A stretch of 64,000 nucleotides of DNA from an uncultured Verrucomicrobiae bacterium (GCA_963735805.1 CAVTMK010000002.1:1056001-1120000); one strand, 5' to 3'; positions 20,201 through 30,870 are shown, counted from the stretch's first letter. A program made the numbers and translations. The notes: a model not told the origin generated them from the sequence alone.

Positions 20201-22600
20201 ATGTCTGCTGATTCTGGGTCGAGTGCTCGGTTAGAGATCGGTCACGTTCTTTTTATGGACGTGGTGGGTTACTCGAGATTGTTGCTGGACGAACAGAGTG
20301 AGGTTCAGGAACGATTGACGGAAATTGTTCGAAACTCGGAGCAAGTGCGCGCTGCGGAGGCGGCACATAAACTCATTCGTCTGCCGGTTGGCGATGGAAT
20401 GGCCCTCGTTTTTTTCAACAGTCCCGAGGCGCCCGTGCAATGCGCCATGGAGATAAGTGAAAAGTTAAAGCAGTATCCTCAGCTCAAGCTACGGATGGGA
20501 ATTCACAGCGGGCCGGTCAATGAAGTTCGGGATGTAAATGGTCGAGCAAATGTCGCAGGTGCAGGAATTAACATTGCGCAACGAGTGATGGATTGCGGCG
20601 ATTCGGGTCACATTCTCTTATCCAGGCGTGTAGCCGAAGACCTGGGTCATTCGCGACAGTGGCGCCCTTACTTGCATGACCTAGGCGAATGCGCTGTAAA
20701 ACACGGCGTCCCCGTCTTTATAGTCAATTTCGCGGCCGACGAGATTGGGAACGCGCAATTACCCGAGAAGTTTAAACAATTGCAATCGGCGCAAGCCGCG
20801 CAGGCAGCAAGTGGTTTGCCATCGCCCGCTCGACGCAGAGCCGTCTTGACCGTGGCCGGCGTTCTCTTGCTTGCCGCCATCGGGTTCAGCATGTGGTTTT
20901 ATTCGAAACAAGCAGCGCTGACCTCTCTGACAACGGAGAAAACCATCGCCGTATTGCCATTCCAAAACTTTAGCCCAGACAAAGAGAACGCATTTTTCGC
21001 AGACGGCGTTCAAGATGACATCCTCACTAGTCTGACAAAGATCAAAGAGCTCAGGGTCATCAGTCGTTCGTCTGTCATGAAGTTTCGCGACGCTGCAGGC
21101 CAGAACCTGCGCCAGATCGGCAAAACACTTGGCGTGGCGAATGTTCTTGAGGGTAGTGTTCGGCGCGAAGGTGACCGGGTAGTCGTCAACGTGCAATTGG
21201 TCGATGCGCAGAGCGCCCGGCAGATATGGGCGAACCGTTACGACCGTACCCTGGCTGATTCGCTGGGATTGCAAGGTGAGTTGGCCACTGAAATCGCCGA
21301 CGCTCTGCGAGCTACGCTCAGTACCGATGAACAAGCGCGAGTAACAGCGAAACCTACGAAGAATCCGGATGCATATGTGTTTTATTTACGCGCGAATCAG
21401 ATCTCGCGAAATCCCGACATGACGCTCGAGGATTACAAGACCGCCGAGCAACTTTACATCCAGGCGATCGCGCTCGACCCGGATTTCGCGCTGGCCCATG
21501 CGCGGCTTGCATCCGTTTGCGCTGAGATTTTCCATTACTATGAGCCAACCGAGGATTGGAAAACCAAAGCTCGCGCCGAAGCTCAAATTGCCCTTCGTCT
21601 CGAACCCAACCTGGCGGAAGCACACTTTGCCCTCGGTCAATGCATCTATTGGATGGATCAGGATTACGAGCGGGCTCTTGAACAATTCGATATCGCCGCT
21701 CGTTTAGCGCCGAGCAACGGAGATATTGCTCGTTTGATTGCGGCCATTAAACGCCGGCAGGGTAAGTGGCAACAAGCGCTCCAGGAATATGAACGGGTTG
21801 CCAGGCTGGATCCACAAAACCCAAACACCGTCCGCGAACTTATCTTTATCAACACTGCAATGCGCCGCTGGCCGGAAGCGGCACTGTGGGCAAAGCGAAT
21901 GCGCACGATGGCTCCGGCGTCGATTGTTGCGAAGATTCAGAGTGGATACGTCGATTTTTGGTGGAAGGGAGATACCCAATTGCTAAAGTCACTTGTCGAT
22001 ACTGTCCCTGCCACTAATGATCCAGATGGCGCTGTCACTGCGTGCCGATGGGAAGCAGACATGCTTCGACGTAATTATTCCGAGGCCAAAAATGTTCTGC
22101 AAACTTCGCCGCTCGATGAGCTCTCGTACACGAACGCTGGTACGACACCGATAAGCTTTTTCCAAGGCTGCATTTATCTCGCACAGGGCGATAATGTGAA
22201 TGCTCAGAAAGCATTCGAACTCGCGAGACCCGCGTTTGAAACGGCTGTGAAGGAGGCGCCCGAAAGCGCCTATCGACACGCGAACCTGGGTTGGTTGTAC
22301 GGCTTTATGGGGCGAAAAGACGACGCGATCAGGGAGGGACAACGCGCGGTCGCACTCAAACCAGAATCGAAAGATGCGGTCGACGGTGCCCTGATGAATT
22401 GCTACCTCGCATTGATCTACACGCGTGTCGGAGAGAAGGAGCTCGCCATCCCATTGATTACACGCCTTCTCAAAACTCCGGGCGCAGTGGATAGCGTCGA
22501 TTACAGCATAACCGTTAACGATCTGAAATATCGCTGGGAATGGGACCCTATTCGGACCGATCCGCGTTTTCAAAAGCTCCTCGAACATCCCGCGAAGTGA
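20201..22600 (+). CDS. Class III adenylate/guanylate cyclase - TM - TolB-like - TPR protein
   Basis: LFMDVVGYS, GDG, RMGIHSGPV, INIAQRVMD; IAVLPF...LEGSVRR; TPR repeats. Confidence 0.88.
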   Translation: MSADSGSSARLEIGHVLFMDVVGYSRLLLDEQSEVQERLTEIVRNSEQVRAAEAAHKLIRLPVGDGMALVFFNSPEAPVQCAMEISEKLKQYPQLKLRMGIHSGPVNEVRDVNGRANVAGAGINIAQRVMDCGDSGHILLSRRVAEDLGHSRQWRPYLHDLGECAVKHGVPVFIVNFAADEIGNAQLPEKFKQLQSAQAAQAASGLPSPARRRAVLTVAGVLLLAAIGFSMWFYSKQAALTSLTTEKTIAVLPFQNFSPDKENAFFADGVQDDILTSLTKIKELRVISRSSVMKFRDAAGQNLRQIGKTLGVANVLEGSVRREGDRVVVNVQLVDAQSARQIWANRYDRTLADSLGLQGELATEIADALRATLSTDEQARVTAKPTKNPDAYVFYLRANQISRNPDMTLEDYKTAEQLYIQAIALDPDFALAHARLASVCAEIFHYYEPTEDWKTKARAEAQIALRLEPNLAEAHFALGQCIYWMDQDYERALEQFDIAARLAPSNGDIARLIAAIKRRQGKWQQALQEYERVARLDPQNPNTVRELIFINTAMRRWPEAALWAKRMRTMAPASIVAKIQSGYVDFWWKGDTQLLKSLVDTVPATNDPDGAVTACRWEADMLRRNYSEAKNVLQTSPLDELSYTNAGTTPISFFQGCIYLAQGDNVNAQKAFELARPAFETAVKEAPESAYRHANLGWLYGFMGRKDDAIREGQRAVALKPESKDAVDGALMNCYLALIYTRVGEKELAIPLITRLLKTPGAVDSVDYSITVNDLKYRWEWDPIRTDPRFQKLLEHPAK

Positions 22601-22739
22601 CTCGTTAGCGCTTAACTTCGCCAGGTATGGCCTGACTCTGGTGCAGGAGAATTCAGGCGCTCGCCAGCTTGAATCGAACTCCGAACTTGTGGATTGCCAA
22701 CGGCGGACAAAATATGAGGCTTAATCTGCCAACCAAGCA

Positions 22740-24419
22740 GTGAATCCTAAAAAGTTTTTTTCCGAGCTAAAACGACGAAGAGTTTACAGCGTCGCCGTCG
22801 CCTATCTTGTCGGCGGGTGGGCGCTCGCTCAAGGCATTGCTCAGGTATTGCCGGTGTTCAACATCTCGAATTTGGTCGTGCGCCTTATCGTGCTCCTAAT
22901 CATACTGGGATTTCCGGTCGCGCTTGCACTCTCTTGGTTTTTTGATCTCACGCGATATGGAATTGTCCGAACGCCCGATCTCGATACTCGCCTTATCGGC
23001 AGTATCCAATCGCAACCTGACTCCGATCGTGGCGACTTCACCGAAAAATCGATCGCTGTTTTACCCTTCAACGATCTAAGCCCGTCCAGGGACCACGCCT
23101 ACTTTGGCGAAGGTATTGCCGAGGAACTGCTGGGAGCGTTGGCGAAAGTTGACGGTCTGCGCGTCGCGGCGCGGCGGTCTTCATTCTGGTTTAAGGACAA
23201 AGCGGCCGAGCTTGGCGAAATCGCATCAAAGTTAAACGTTAGGCACGTTCTTGAGGGTAGCGTCCGTCGCGATGGCAATCGAGTGCGTATCACCGCGGAA
23301 CTAATCGATGCCTCCGATGGATTTACTATTTGGTCAGAAACATATGAGCGCGAGATGCACGGAATTTTTGCGCTACAGGATGAGATTACCTGTTCCATTG
23401 TCGATACTCTCAAGCTCAAACTGGCGATCTCACCGTCGCGCCAGGCTCGAAGCACGGATGCCTATGATGCTTATCTGGAGGGCTTGGTTTATTCCGACAA
23501 AAACACCGAGCCCGAGTTGCGCAAGAGTCTGGAATTTTTTCAGCAGGCGCTCGAAAAGGATCCCAAGTTTAGTCGGGCGTGGACCGGAATCGCGAAAGAT
23601 TGGCTTTGGCTGGCCGACGCTTACGTTCCGCCGCTTGAGGCGTATCCAAAGGTTCGTGATGCCGCTCTTCGAGCTTTGGAACTCGACGACGAGGAGGCTG
23701 AAGCGCACGTGTATCTTGCCGAAACCAAACGCATACTGGATTGGGACCTTGATGGAGCAGAGGCGGAATTCAATCGAGCAGTCGCAATCGATCCGAATTC
23801 GACGCCATCGAATTATTTTATCGCTGCGCTTTACGCTGCCCGCGGTGACCGCGAGAAAGCACTGGCTTACCTGCAGCGTACGTCGAAAATCGATCCGGCC
23901 TCGCTTTGGGTGAGTAATTTCGCTTGCGAGCTTTACCGTTATTTTGGTCTTTACGATGAAGCGATCACGGCCGGCGAACGCGCGCTCCAACTTGATCCGA
24001 CATTTGCCCATTATGGCGAGCCCTCGCTTGCAGCGCTGTATCGCGAGATGGGTCGCTTCGATGACGCAATTGCTCTCTACGAAAAAGCGCGAGAGTTCAC
24101 TGGAAGGCCAGGATTTGGTCTGGCGATCACGTACGCTCGTATGCACCAGCGCGAGAAGGCGCTGGAAGCTCTCGAAGGAGCTATCGCAGGCTGGGGCTAT
24201 CGTCCAGGCGACGCCATCGCACATGTGTACGTAACCCTTGGCGCCTATGACGACGCAATTCGCGAACTCGAGCGCGCGTGCGACCAACGTTCGTCATCCT
24301 TGCACGGCATCGGCATCGCTCCCGAGTTTTTGCCGCTTCGTTCGGACAAACGCTTCAGGTCAATTCTCCAAAGAATCGGACTTGAACCCGGGAAAGTCTT
24401 CGCGGCGACCGCGTCGTAA
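22740..24419 (+). CDS. Membrane-anchored TolB-like/TPR protein
   Basis: FFSELKRRRVY N-terminus, two TM helices, SIAVLPF, LEGSVRR, TPR repeats. Confidence 0.85.
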   Translation: MNPKKFFSELKRRRVYSVAVAYLVGGWALAQGIAQVLPVFNISNLVVRLIVLLIILGFPVALALSWFFDLTRYGIVRTPDLDTRLIGSIQSQPDSDRGDFTEKSIAVLPFNDLSPSRDHAYFGEGIAEELLGALAKVDGLRVAARRSSFWFKDKAAELGEIASKLNVRHVLEGSVRRDGNRVRITAELIDASDGFTIWSETYEREMHGIFALQDEITCSIVDTLKLKLAISPSRQARSTDAYDAYLEGLVYSDKNTEPELRKSLEFFQQALEKDPKFSRAWTGIAKDWLWLADAYVPPLEAYPKVRDAALRALELDDEEAEAHVYLAETKRILDWDLDGAEAEFNRAVAIDPNSTPSNYFIAALYAARGDREKALAYLQRTSKIDPASLWVSNFACELYRYFGLYDEAITAGERALQLDPTFAHYGEPSLAALYREMGRFDDAIALYEKAREFTGRPGFGLAITYARMHQREKALEALEGAIAGWGYRPGDAIAHVYVTLGAYDDAIRELERACDQRSSSLHGIGIAPEFLPLRSDKRFRSILQRIGLEPGKVFAATAS

Positions 24420-25295
24420 TTATTGCACAATCGCGTCGCGGCCGTGGCCGTGAGACCGAACACCGTATTTGTTTAAATCCTGCTGCGCCACATGCATTCC
24501 AAAGAGCAGGATCGCAATCAGACCAAAGTATAATATCGACATCGTCCAGCGCTGGGCAGGTGTGACTTCGAAATAATGCTGTTCTTCTTCCGTTCGTTTT
24601 CGGAAGAGCGAATAGACCCTTGGCAGCGACAACAGCACAATTAACCAGATGATAAAGTTTGGATACTTCCACCCAAACCAGAGGAGCACTGCGAATCCTG
24701 GCAACCAAAGCCAGCGCGAAAGCGCCGTCACGATGCGCCCGCCATCGAGCATTCCGACCGGAGTCAGGTTAAACAGGTTGAGAAAATACCCAAACCAGGC
24801 GAGGGCGATAAAAAGGGGTGCGGCGAACCATTCGCCCAAGACGTTGCAAACAAAGGCACCCAAGCTTCCCAGCATTGGGCCGCCGATACCGACGCATGCT
24901 TCTATCCACGCGTTGCGCGGCGCTTCCTTAAGGGCGATAAACGCGCCCATAAACGGAATAAAGACAGGCGCGCCCACCTTGAGTCCGAACTTCTTGGCGA
25001 TAAGCAGATGTCCCGTTTCGTGTATCAGCAAGAGCAGGACAAATCCCAGTGCGAACTGCCAGCCCCATATCTGGGTGTAGATCCAGACCATCAATAGCAT
25101 GGTCCCACCCGATTTCAGCAGGATGGGGAGAAATTTCAGGAGCGGCAGAAGTACAAACTTCAATTTCGCGAAAAACTTTGCCATCACGGCCCCGACCACT
25201 GCAATTGGTCCCAGCGCCTTTTTTATTCGGCTCCACGCCGTCTCCTCCGCCGGCGCCTTGTACTCTTCGGCTTTCTCAGTTTGAAGGTCCATCAC
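24420..25295 (-). CDS. Site-2 protease (M50) family protein
   Basis: HETGH and NLFNLTPVGMLDGG motifs. Confidence 0.9.
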   Translation of the reverse strand: MMDLQTEKAEEYKAPAEETAWSRIKKALGPIAVVGAVMAKFFAKLKFVLLPLLKFLPILLKSGGTMLLMVWIYTQIWGWQFALGFVLLLLIHETGHLLIAKKFGLKVGAPVFIPFMGAFIALKEAPRNAWIEACVGIGGPMLGSLGAFVCNVLGEWFAAPLFIALAWFGYFLNLFNLTPVGMLDGGRIVTALSRWLWLPGFAVLLWFGWKYPNFIIWLIVLLSLPRVYSLFRKRTEEEQHYFEVTPAQRWTMSILYFGLIAILLFGMHVAQQDLNKYGVRSHGHGRDAIVQ

Positions 25296-25362
25296 TCGGA
25301 GGCTAAACCGTGAAATCGTTGAATCGGCAATCCGTTTTTAACTTTGTAGCTGTTTTAACTTT

Positions 25363-26952
25363 TCAACCTTTCAGTTCGTCAAAGGCATCGCCCAAGTGAT
25401 CGAGGACGTCGCGCGGCAAAAGCGATTGTTCGCTTTGGCTGCCTCCAAAAATGGCGATTTCCGCAGCGCGCCCGCACAACCAAGCGCCGAGTCGGGCCGC
25501 ATCGTAAAGAGACAAGCCCTGTCCCACCAATCCTGCGCAGACTCCCGTGAGAATGTCGCCCATTCCGCCCGTGGCCATTCCCGGATTGCCAGTTGTATTA
25601 TAACTTAACGGACGATCCCGTTCAGCTACGATCGTTCGGCTGCCCTTCAATAAAAGCGTCACCGGAAAACGCTGGCAGAATTTCGTCGCTGTTTTGGCGC
25701 GTCTTTCCTTCTCATCGTCTGAAAGCCGTTTCATTTCACCGGGATGTGGTGTGAGCAACCGTTTGCCCTTGCAATGCCTGAGCGTTGAGATTTTTTCGGC
25801 CAAAATATTCAGGGCGTCAGCGTCAATCACCATTGGTTGCTTCGCTTTTTCGATCAGCTCAAGAATTTCCACGGCCCGGGACCTGCCAAGACCGGGTCCG
25901 ACTGCCCAGACATCGGCTTTTTGCTTTAGCAAATCACGATAAGATGTGAGTGGTTTGACCATTGATTCCATTGGCGCGGCGCCGGCGACAATCTCGTAGA
26001 TTTCTTCAGGAACGAAGACCTCGACCAACCCTGCGCCAGCGCGCAATGCGCCCTGTGATGTCATCAGAGCTGCGCCAATGAATCCCCTGGAACCCGCAAC
26101 AATGCCAATGCGTCCACATTGGTTCTTGTATGTGCTGAATTTACGCCTGGGCAATAATTCATGGAGAGTTGGCAGGGCGGCAATAACTTCTTTGGCTCTT
26201 TTTTCCGGAGCATGCAGTTCGTTTAACGACACAACTTCCAGCCTGCCTACGAAGTTCAGCGCGTCGTCGGCAACCAAGCCCGGCTTCGTGAACCCGATCG
26301 TTACCGTAAAATCCGCGACAACACAGTCGCGATCAGCCTTCCCGGAATCGCCGTCAAGACCGGTCGGAAGATCGACAGCAAAAACGTAAGCGTCCTTTTC
26401 TGCCCGCAACTGATTGATAGACCGACAGGCGGCGCGGATCGGATCGCGCAGCGGCAGCTTCGCGCCCAGTCCAAGCAAGCCATCGAGAATTATCAGCGGG
26501 GCCGCAGTGGCTATGTACGCCTCCGACGAAATTGCTTCCTGTGCCGCGGACAACTCCTCAGCCGCTTCCGCGAAAAGTTCGACAAGGACCACGCCTAAAT
26601 CCATTCCGCTGCCGCGGGACGGCGTCGCGCCTAGAGTTTCGGGGGGTCTACGGCGCAGGCTTTCCAGTTTCTTGCGCGTCAGTCCGCTGCAATCGCCTTC
26701 CTGAAAAGCAAGGCGCACCTCGATTTTCCACCCGAGCCGTCGTAAGCGTTCAGCCGCAACCAGCGCGTCACCGGCATTGTTGCCTTTGCCGGCAAATACG
26801 ATGCACCTGCCCGGTCTGTCGAAAAATCTGGTGACGGCTCGCGCAATGCCGGCACCAGCCTTGTCCATTAGCGCTTCAACTTCGACCCCCCGTGCGAAAG
26901 CAGCTTCTTCCGCAGCTCGCATTTGGGCCGAAGTCAGAATGGGGAGATTCAA
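25363..26952 (-). CDS. nnr: Bifunctional NAD(P)H-hydrate epimerase/dehydratase
   Basis: GKGNNAGD, DLPTG, GPGLG, DADAL, TPHPGE, GGMGDIL. Confidence 0.93.
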   Translation of the reverse strand: MNLPILTSAQMRAAEEAAFARGVEVEALMDKAGAGIARAVTRFFDRPGRCIVFAGKGNNAGDALVAAERLRRLGWKIEVRLAFQEGDCSGLTRKKLESLRRRPPETLGATPSRGSGMDLGVVLVELFAEAAEELSAAQEAISSEAYIATAAPLIILDGLLGLGAKLPLRDPIRAACRSINQLRAEKDAYVFAVDLPTGLDGDSGKADRDCVVADFTVTIGFTKPGLVADDALNFVGRLEVVSLNELHAPEKRAKEVIAALPTLHELLPRRKFSTYKNQCGRIGIVAGSRGFIGAALMTSQGALRAGAGLVEVFVPEEIYEIVAGAAPMESMVKPLTSYRDLLKQKADVWAVGPGLGRSRAVEILELIEKAKQPMVIDADALNILAEKISTLRHCKGKRLLTPHPGEMKRLSDDEKERRAKTATKFCQRFPVTLLLKGSRTIVAERDRPLSYNTTGNPGMATGGMGDILTGVCAGLVGQGLSLYDAARLGAWLCGRAAEIAIFGGSQSEQSLLPRDVLDHLGDAFDELKG

Positions 26953-27792
26953 TTATCCCTCCTGATTTTTTGACGACGTTTTCGCCTCTGAGCCGCCTGA
27001 TTTCGATGAGCTTTTCTTTCGTCGCGTGCTTTTTTTGTGCGAACGCTTGGATTTGCGATGTTCAGATTTCGACACCTTGGTTTGATCGATGTACGGTTGC
27101 AACGGAATGCTTTCTCCCGTTGCCACTCGCGTCGTCGAAAGGGGGCTCCCCACGGTGTTGCGACCGCGGATGCCAGCTGCAATTTCTTCTGCGAGCTTTT
27201 GGCGATAAGAAGCGGTTTGCGCGAGGGCGGCTTCGGTGGGGTTGGTTAGAAAGCCACATTCCACAAGCACTGCAGGAACATTGGTTTTACGCAGGACAAA
27301 ATAACCCCGGCGCCGCACATTGCGATTTGAGGAGGGCGCTCCGCCGGCTACGTAGTAATGGATCGCCGAAGCCAGCGGAAGGCTCTCGCGGCTGTAAAAA
27401 TATGTTTCGATTCCACCGGCTCCGCTCCGTTTAGCAGAGTTGAAATGGACGGAAACGAAAATGGCATTGGGATAAGAGTTGGTGATCGCAACACGTGTTC
27501 CGAGTGGCACAAACACGTCGCTGTCGCGCGTCATTACCACGCGATATCCGTTTGCAGCGAGCACCTTTTTCAACCGTTGCGCGACGTCAAGGGTCATATC
27601 CTTTTCCGAAACCCTCTGGCCTGGAATTCCGCCGCGGTCGTAACCGCCATGACCCGCATCGATCACTACGGTAGTAGTCGAACCGCTGTCTCGAGAAGCA
27701 CGCTTTGCCTGAGCCGTGGAGAAAACGACGCATTGCAAGAATACGATCAGCAAGCTGGCGGCAAGACGGAGTCGGTAAAGATTTCTCGGCAT
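26953..27792 (-). CDS. N-acetylmuramoyl-L-alanine amidase (Amidase_3)
   Basis: IDAGHGG, SVHFN, LVECGFLTN; Lys/Ser-rich tail. Confidence 0.92.
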   Translation of the reverse strand: MPRNLYRLRLAASLLIVFLQCVVFSTAQAKRASRDSGSTTTVVIDAGHGGYDRGGIPGQRVSEKDMTLDVAQRLKKVLAANGYRVVMTRDSDVFVPLGTRVAITNSYPNAIFVSVHFNSAKRSGAGGIETYFYSRESLPLASAIHYYVAGGAPSSNRNVRRRGYFVLRKTNVPAVLVECGFLTNPTEAALAQTASYRQKLAEEIAAGIRGRNTVGSPLSTTRVATGESIPLQPYIDQTKVSKSEHRKSKRSHKKSTRRKKSSSKSGGSEAKTSSKNQEG

Positions 27793-27794
27793 CG

Positions 27795-28757
27795 TTAATT
27801 GTCCTTCGGCGGTTCGGGTGGACGAGCGGATAATTTCGGCGCCGTGCCACGCGAACGTTGCGCGGCCGGCGATTCGATCGTGCCACCGCGCACTGCCACT
27901 TCGCCATTTGGTGCGCGGATGAGACGTGGCCGCGTTTTGGTTTCCATAAAGGAAGAATGCGCCAGCAGTTCACCATTCAAACCAATGCGCGAATACGCCC
28001 ATGCGCGTGGGGCGGAACAATGCAGAACATGCAATTGATTTGCGTGGTCGATTTCTGCCTGTGGCTCTTCAAAGGCAATCGCTCTGCCTAACGAATAAGT
28101 CGCATAGACAATTCCGGTATCCCTGTCCTCTACGCGCACGTACAGAGAAGTATGGTCCGGAAACCGGTTGGTGAGAAGAGAGTACGTTCGCACGTTCCCC
28201 GGCGCCGCAACGCCATCCGGAATACCGACTGTTTGTTGCCACACAGGCCGCGCATCGGTTACTTCAAAGACTCGCGTTGGCGAATAAAAAAACTTCCCCA
28301 GGTCGGCAAAGTAAACATGGGTCCGCACGTGATAAGTGCCGAGATCTTGCACAGGATAAAGTGGAGTCAGATTAACCTGATGCGTTACTCTCTGCCCAGT
28401 CCCGACCTTCAAAGGCGGTTGGCTGTTTTCGGTGCTGACCGGGGCGATGGGCTGATCTTCATTTCCTGTTATTTCAAACCCAAGCCACGATTGTCCTTCG
28501 GCATCATGAAGGTCAATGTCTCGTCCCGCCAGGTTGGTGATGCTCAGTGTCGCCACGACCGGTTCATGGGCGATGTACTGCAATCTTTTGAATTTCAGGT
28601 CCACCTGAACTTGTGCTTGGGCTTTCGCAGCGATGACGAGAAGACACGCGATGTTTAGGATGGATCTGATCTGGCGCCGTAACGACGAAATCGAAATGAA
28701 GCAGTTGGTTAAGACGTTGAAAGAGTCAAAAAAGTTACAACGTTTACGCATCGCCAC
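27795..28757 (-). CDS. Hypothetical exported protein (start uncertain, probably downstream of 28757)
   Basis: Long ORF with signal-like CLLVIAAKAQA; co-oriented with neighbours. Confidence 0.7.
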   Translation of the reverse strand: MAMRKRCNFFDSFNVLTNCFISISSLRRQIRSILNIACLLVIAAKAQAQVQVDLKFKRLQYIAHEPVVATLSITNLAGRDIDLHDAEGQSWLGFEITGNEDQPIAPVSTENSQPPLKVGTGQRVTHQVNLTPLYPVQDLGTYHVRTHVYFADLGKFFYSPTRVFEVTDARPVWQQTVGIPDGVAAPGNVRTYSLLTNRFPDHTSLYVRVEDRDTGIVYATYSLGRAIAFEEPQAEIDHANQLHVLHCSAPRAWAYSRIGLNGELLAHSSFMETKTRPRLIRAPNGEVAVRGGTIESPAAQRSRGTAPKLSARPPEPPKDN

Positions 28758-28823
28758 TCTTTTCAGCCAATCTTTGCAATCTTTTTAACTTTGTAACGCT
28801 CGCAACTTTCGCTCTCGTGGCGT

Positions 28824-29930
28824 TCATGGTGCCGAGCCGTTCTCGGACGCAGGAAAGAGCTGCAAGAGTCGCGAAGGTTTGGCCTGAACGGCCTGCAGTT
28901 TATCGTCGTAATAAATTCGAACCCTGTATCCCAGATATTTTCGCTTTGCGCTATCTGCGGTGGAACCTTTAACGCTTCGACCTTTTTGACCAGGTCGAAC
29001 GGTTGCCGCTGCTTCAGAAAGCGATGACTCCGGCGAGCCGACTCCCGTTTTCGGGCGGAGATAACTGACCGACAGCACTTCGGGGGTCGCGTCCGTCCAA
29101 TCGTGCTTTGGCGTCAGCCACTCGTAATTCACGTCTGCATCGGTGAGCTTTACGTCCTTGTCACCAACCGTGTCATAAAATTCCACCAAAATTTTTACTT
29201 TGGTATGATCGACCGTTGCGCCTGGCTGTTTTTTTATACCGATCCGCAAGGCGAGGTTGGTCTCGGCGTCCGGATCAGGCGTCTCAACAGCTTTGACTTC
29301 CGCAATCCCCATGACAGAGCCTTCCGGGTTGCCGCCAGTGTCCTTGTTCGCTGTGGCATCCAGTGATGGGCTCGCCATGCCAGTTTCTGCTGTGGCGGGC
29401 GTTGATACTCCCAACTTTAGTCGCTGATTAGCCAACTCATAAGCTTCCCCGGTCGAGGGCCCCATGTCGTGTAATTTACGCCACATTTCGTTCGACTTGT
29501 CATAAAGCTGCATGGAATCGTACGTCTTGGCTATCTCCTCGAGCAGGGTGACGTTGTTGGGTTCGCTGTCCAGCGCTTCCTCGAAGCGGGCGAGAGCATT
29601 TGTTGTATCACCACGGTCACGCAGTTCGACGCCTTCTCGCAACAGCTGATCGACAAGAGACGGAGGAGGCGTTTGTGCGACGGCTTCAGGTGAAGGAGCG
29701 GTCTGCGTCGCTGGTGCAGGGGGCGCAGGTGTTGAGACGGGAGGAGCCGCGGGTCGAGCGATGGTTGTCGCGACGGCCTGTGCCGGTACCGGCGCCCGCG
29801 CAGGCTGCACCCGAGCGATATAATAGGAAATGACAGCGAAGATTTCGGCGACCGCCAGAATCACAACCAGGCCGAGCCCGACGTTAAAACTTGGATCAAC
29901 CTGCGTAGCCCGTGAAAGAAGAGTCCGCAT
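28824..29930 (-). CDS. Membrane-anchored TPR-containing hypothetical protein
   Basis: N-terminal TM helix, Pro/Ala linker, TPR-like helices. Confidence 0.7.
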   Translation of the reverse strand: MRTLLSRATQVDPSFNVGLGLVVILAVAEIFAVISYYIARVQPARAPVPAQAVATTIARPAAPPVSTPAPPAPATQTAPSPEAVAQTPPPSLVDQLLREGVELRDRGDTTNALARFEEALDSEPNNVTLLEEIAKTYDSMQLYDKSNEMWRKLHDMGPSTGEAYELANQRLKLGVSTPATAETGMASPSLDATANKDTGGNPEGSVMGIAEVKAVETPDPDAETNLALRIGIKKQPGATVDHTKVKILVEFYDTVGDKDVKLTDADVNYEWLTPKHDWTDATPEVLSVSYLRPKTGVGSPESSLSEAAATVRPGQKGRSVKGSTADSAKRKYLGYRVRIYYDDKLQAVQAKPSRLLQLFPASENGSAP

Positions 29931-30022
29931 GCAGCAATAAACCCCATTTCTGTAAGCGCGCCCTCGCCAAGCTGTCAACTCGGCTTCGCCGGACTAACTC
30001 GTTAAGACGAGCTACGAACGCT

Positions 30023-30493
30023 CTACCGCGAAATATCGTTCTGGCTCAGTAATTTGAATCCTTCACCCATTAGTACCGATGACGCGCATTCGGTATCGTC
30101 CAGGTGCAGAGCAATCGCAGCGAAGCCACGTGGCCGGATGAGCAGGGGATAAGCGAAATGGACATTCACTTCTGCCATGACCAGTGCGGCAAGCAGTTTC
30201 ACCAGGTTTGTGGCGACCTCTCGCACTTCCACAATCACGACTTCACAAACACCGAATGGCACGTTTTTTTCCCGGAACAATCTTTCCACTCGCGCCGGAT
30301 CACTCGCGATAATTCGAGCAATCGCCGAGTCGGTTGATTCGGACACGCTCAACGCCACAACGTGAGTGTTCTCTGTGGCGAGCAGTTTTACTACATCCAG
30401 CATTGCTCCCACCTTATTTGGCAGAAATACAGAGAACTGCTTCACCAGCGGCCCCTCCATTTTTGACGTTGTTTCCGGTAAATTTGCAGTCAT
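30023..30493 (-). CDS. Tandem ACT-domain protein
   Basis: QFSVFLPNKVGAM...VNVHFAYP. Confidence 0.8.
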   Translation of the reverse strand: MTANLPETTSKMEGPLVKQFSVFLPNKVGAMLDVVKLLATENTHVVALSVSESTDSAIARIIASDPARVERLFREKNVPFGVCEVVIVEVREVATNLVKLLAALVMAEVNVHFAYPLLIRPRGFAAIALHLDDTECASSVLMGEGFKLLSQNDISR

Positions 30494-30610
30494 TTCGAAT
30501 AGCGACGCCTTGCTGGAACATCCCATGGCGTGTCAGGCAAACTATCTCATTTACGGTCTTTAATTGGCAAACCAATATATTCGACGCCGGCTAAAGCGTT
30601 GAAGCGGAGT

Positions 30611-30678
30611 CGGTGGAAAGCGTTGTCTTCAACGCGTTGGTTCGGGCGGCTGTTATCGGCTTGGGGACAAGCCGATAC
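30611..30678. repeat. Double-hairpin REP-like element
   Basis: GGTGGAAAGCGTTGTCTTCAACGCGTT and ATCGGCTTGGGGACAAGCCGAT hairpins in an intergenic region. Confidence 0.55.
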
Positions 30679-30748
30679 GTTTAATCGCTTTCAACGTTGC
30701 GCCTTGATTGAGGCTGTTCAATTCGCCTGACGTCTATATACTGTCGCA

Positions 30749-30820
30749 ATGATTGCCGGCGCGCATTTTATCCTTTTCAGCAGGGATCAGGAAGCAGATC
30801 GTGGAGCGCGTTCTACTTGA
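30749..30820 (+). pseudogene. Truncated N-terminus of a VOC-like gene
   Basis: MIAGAHFILFSRDQEADR followed by an early stop. Confidence 0.35.
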
Positions 30821-30870
30821 AAACGGCGAGGCATTAATCGCAAACTTCGCAATGCTTGGATTCGCCCTCG

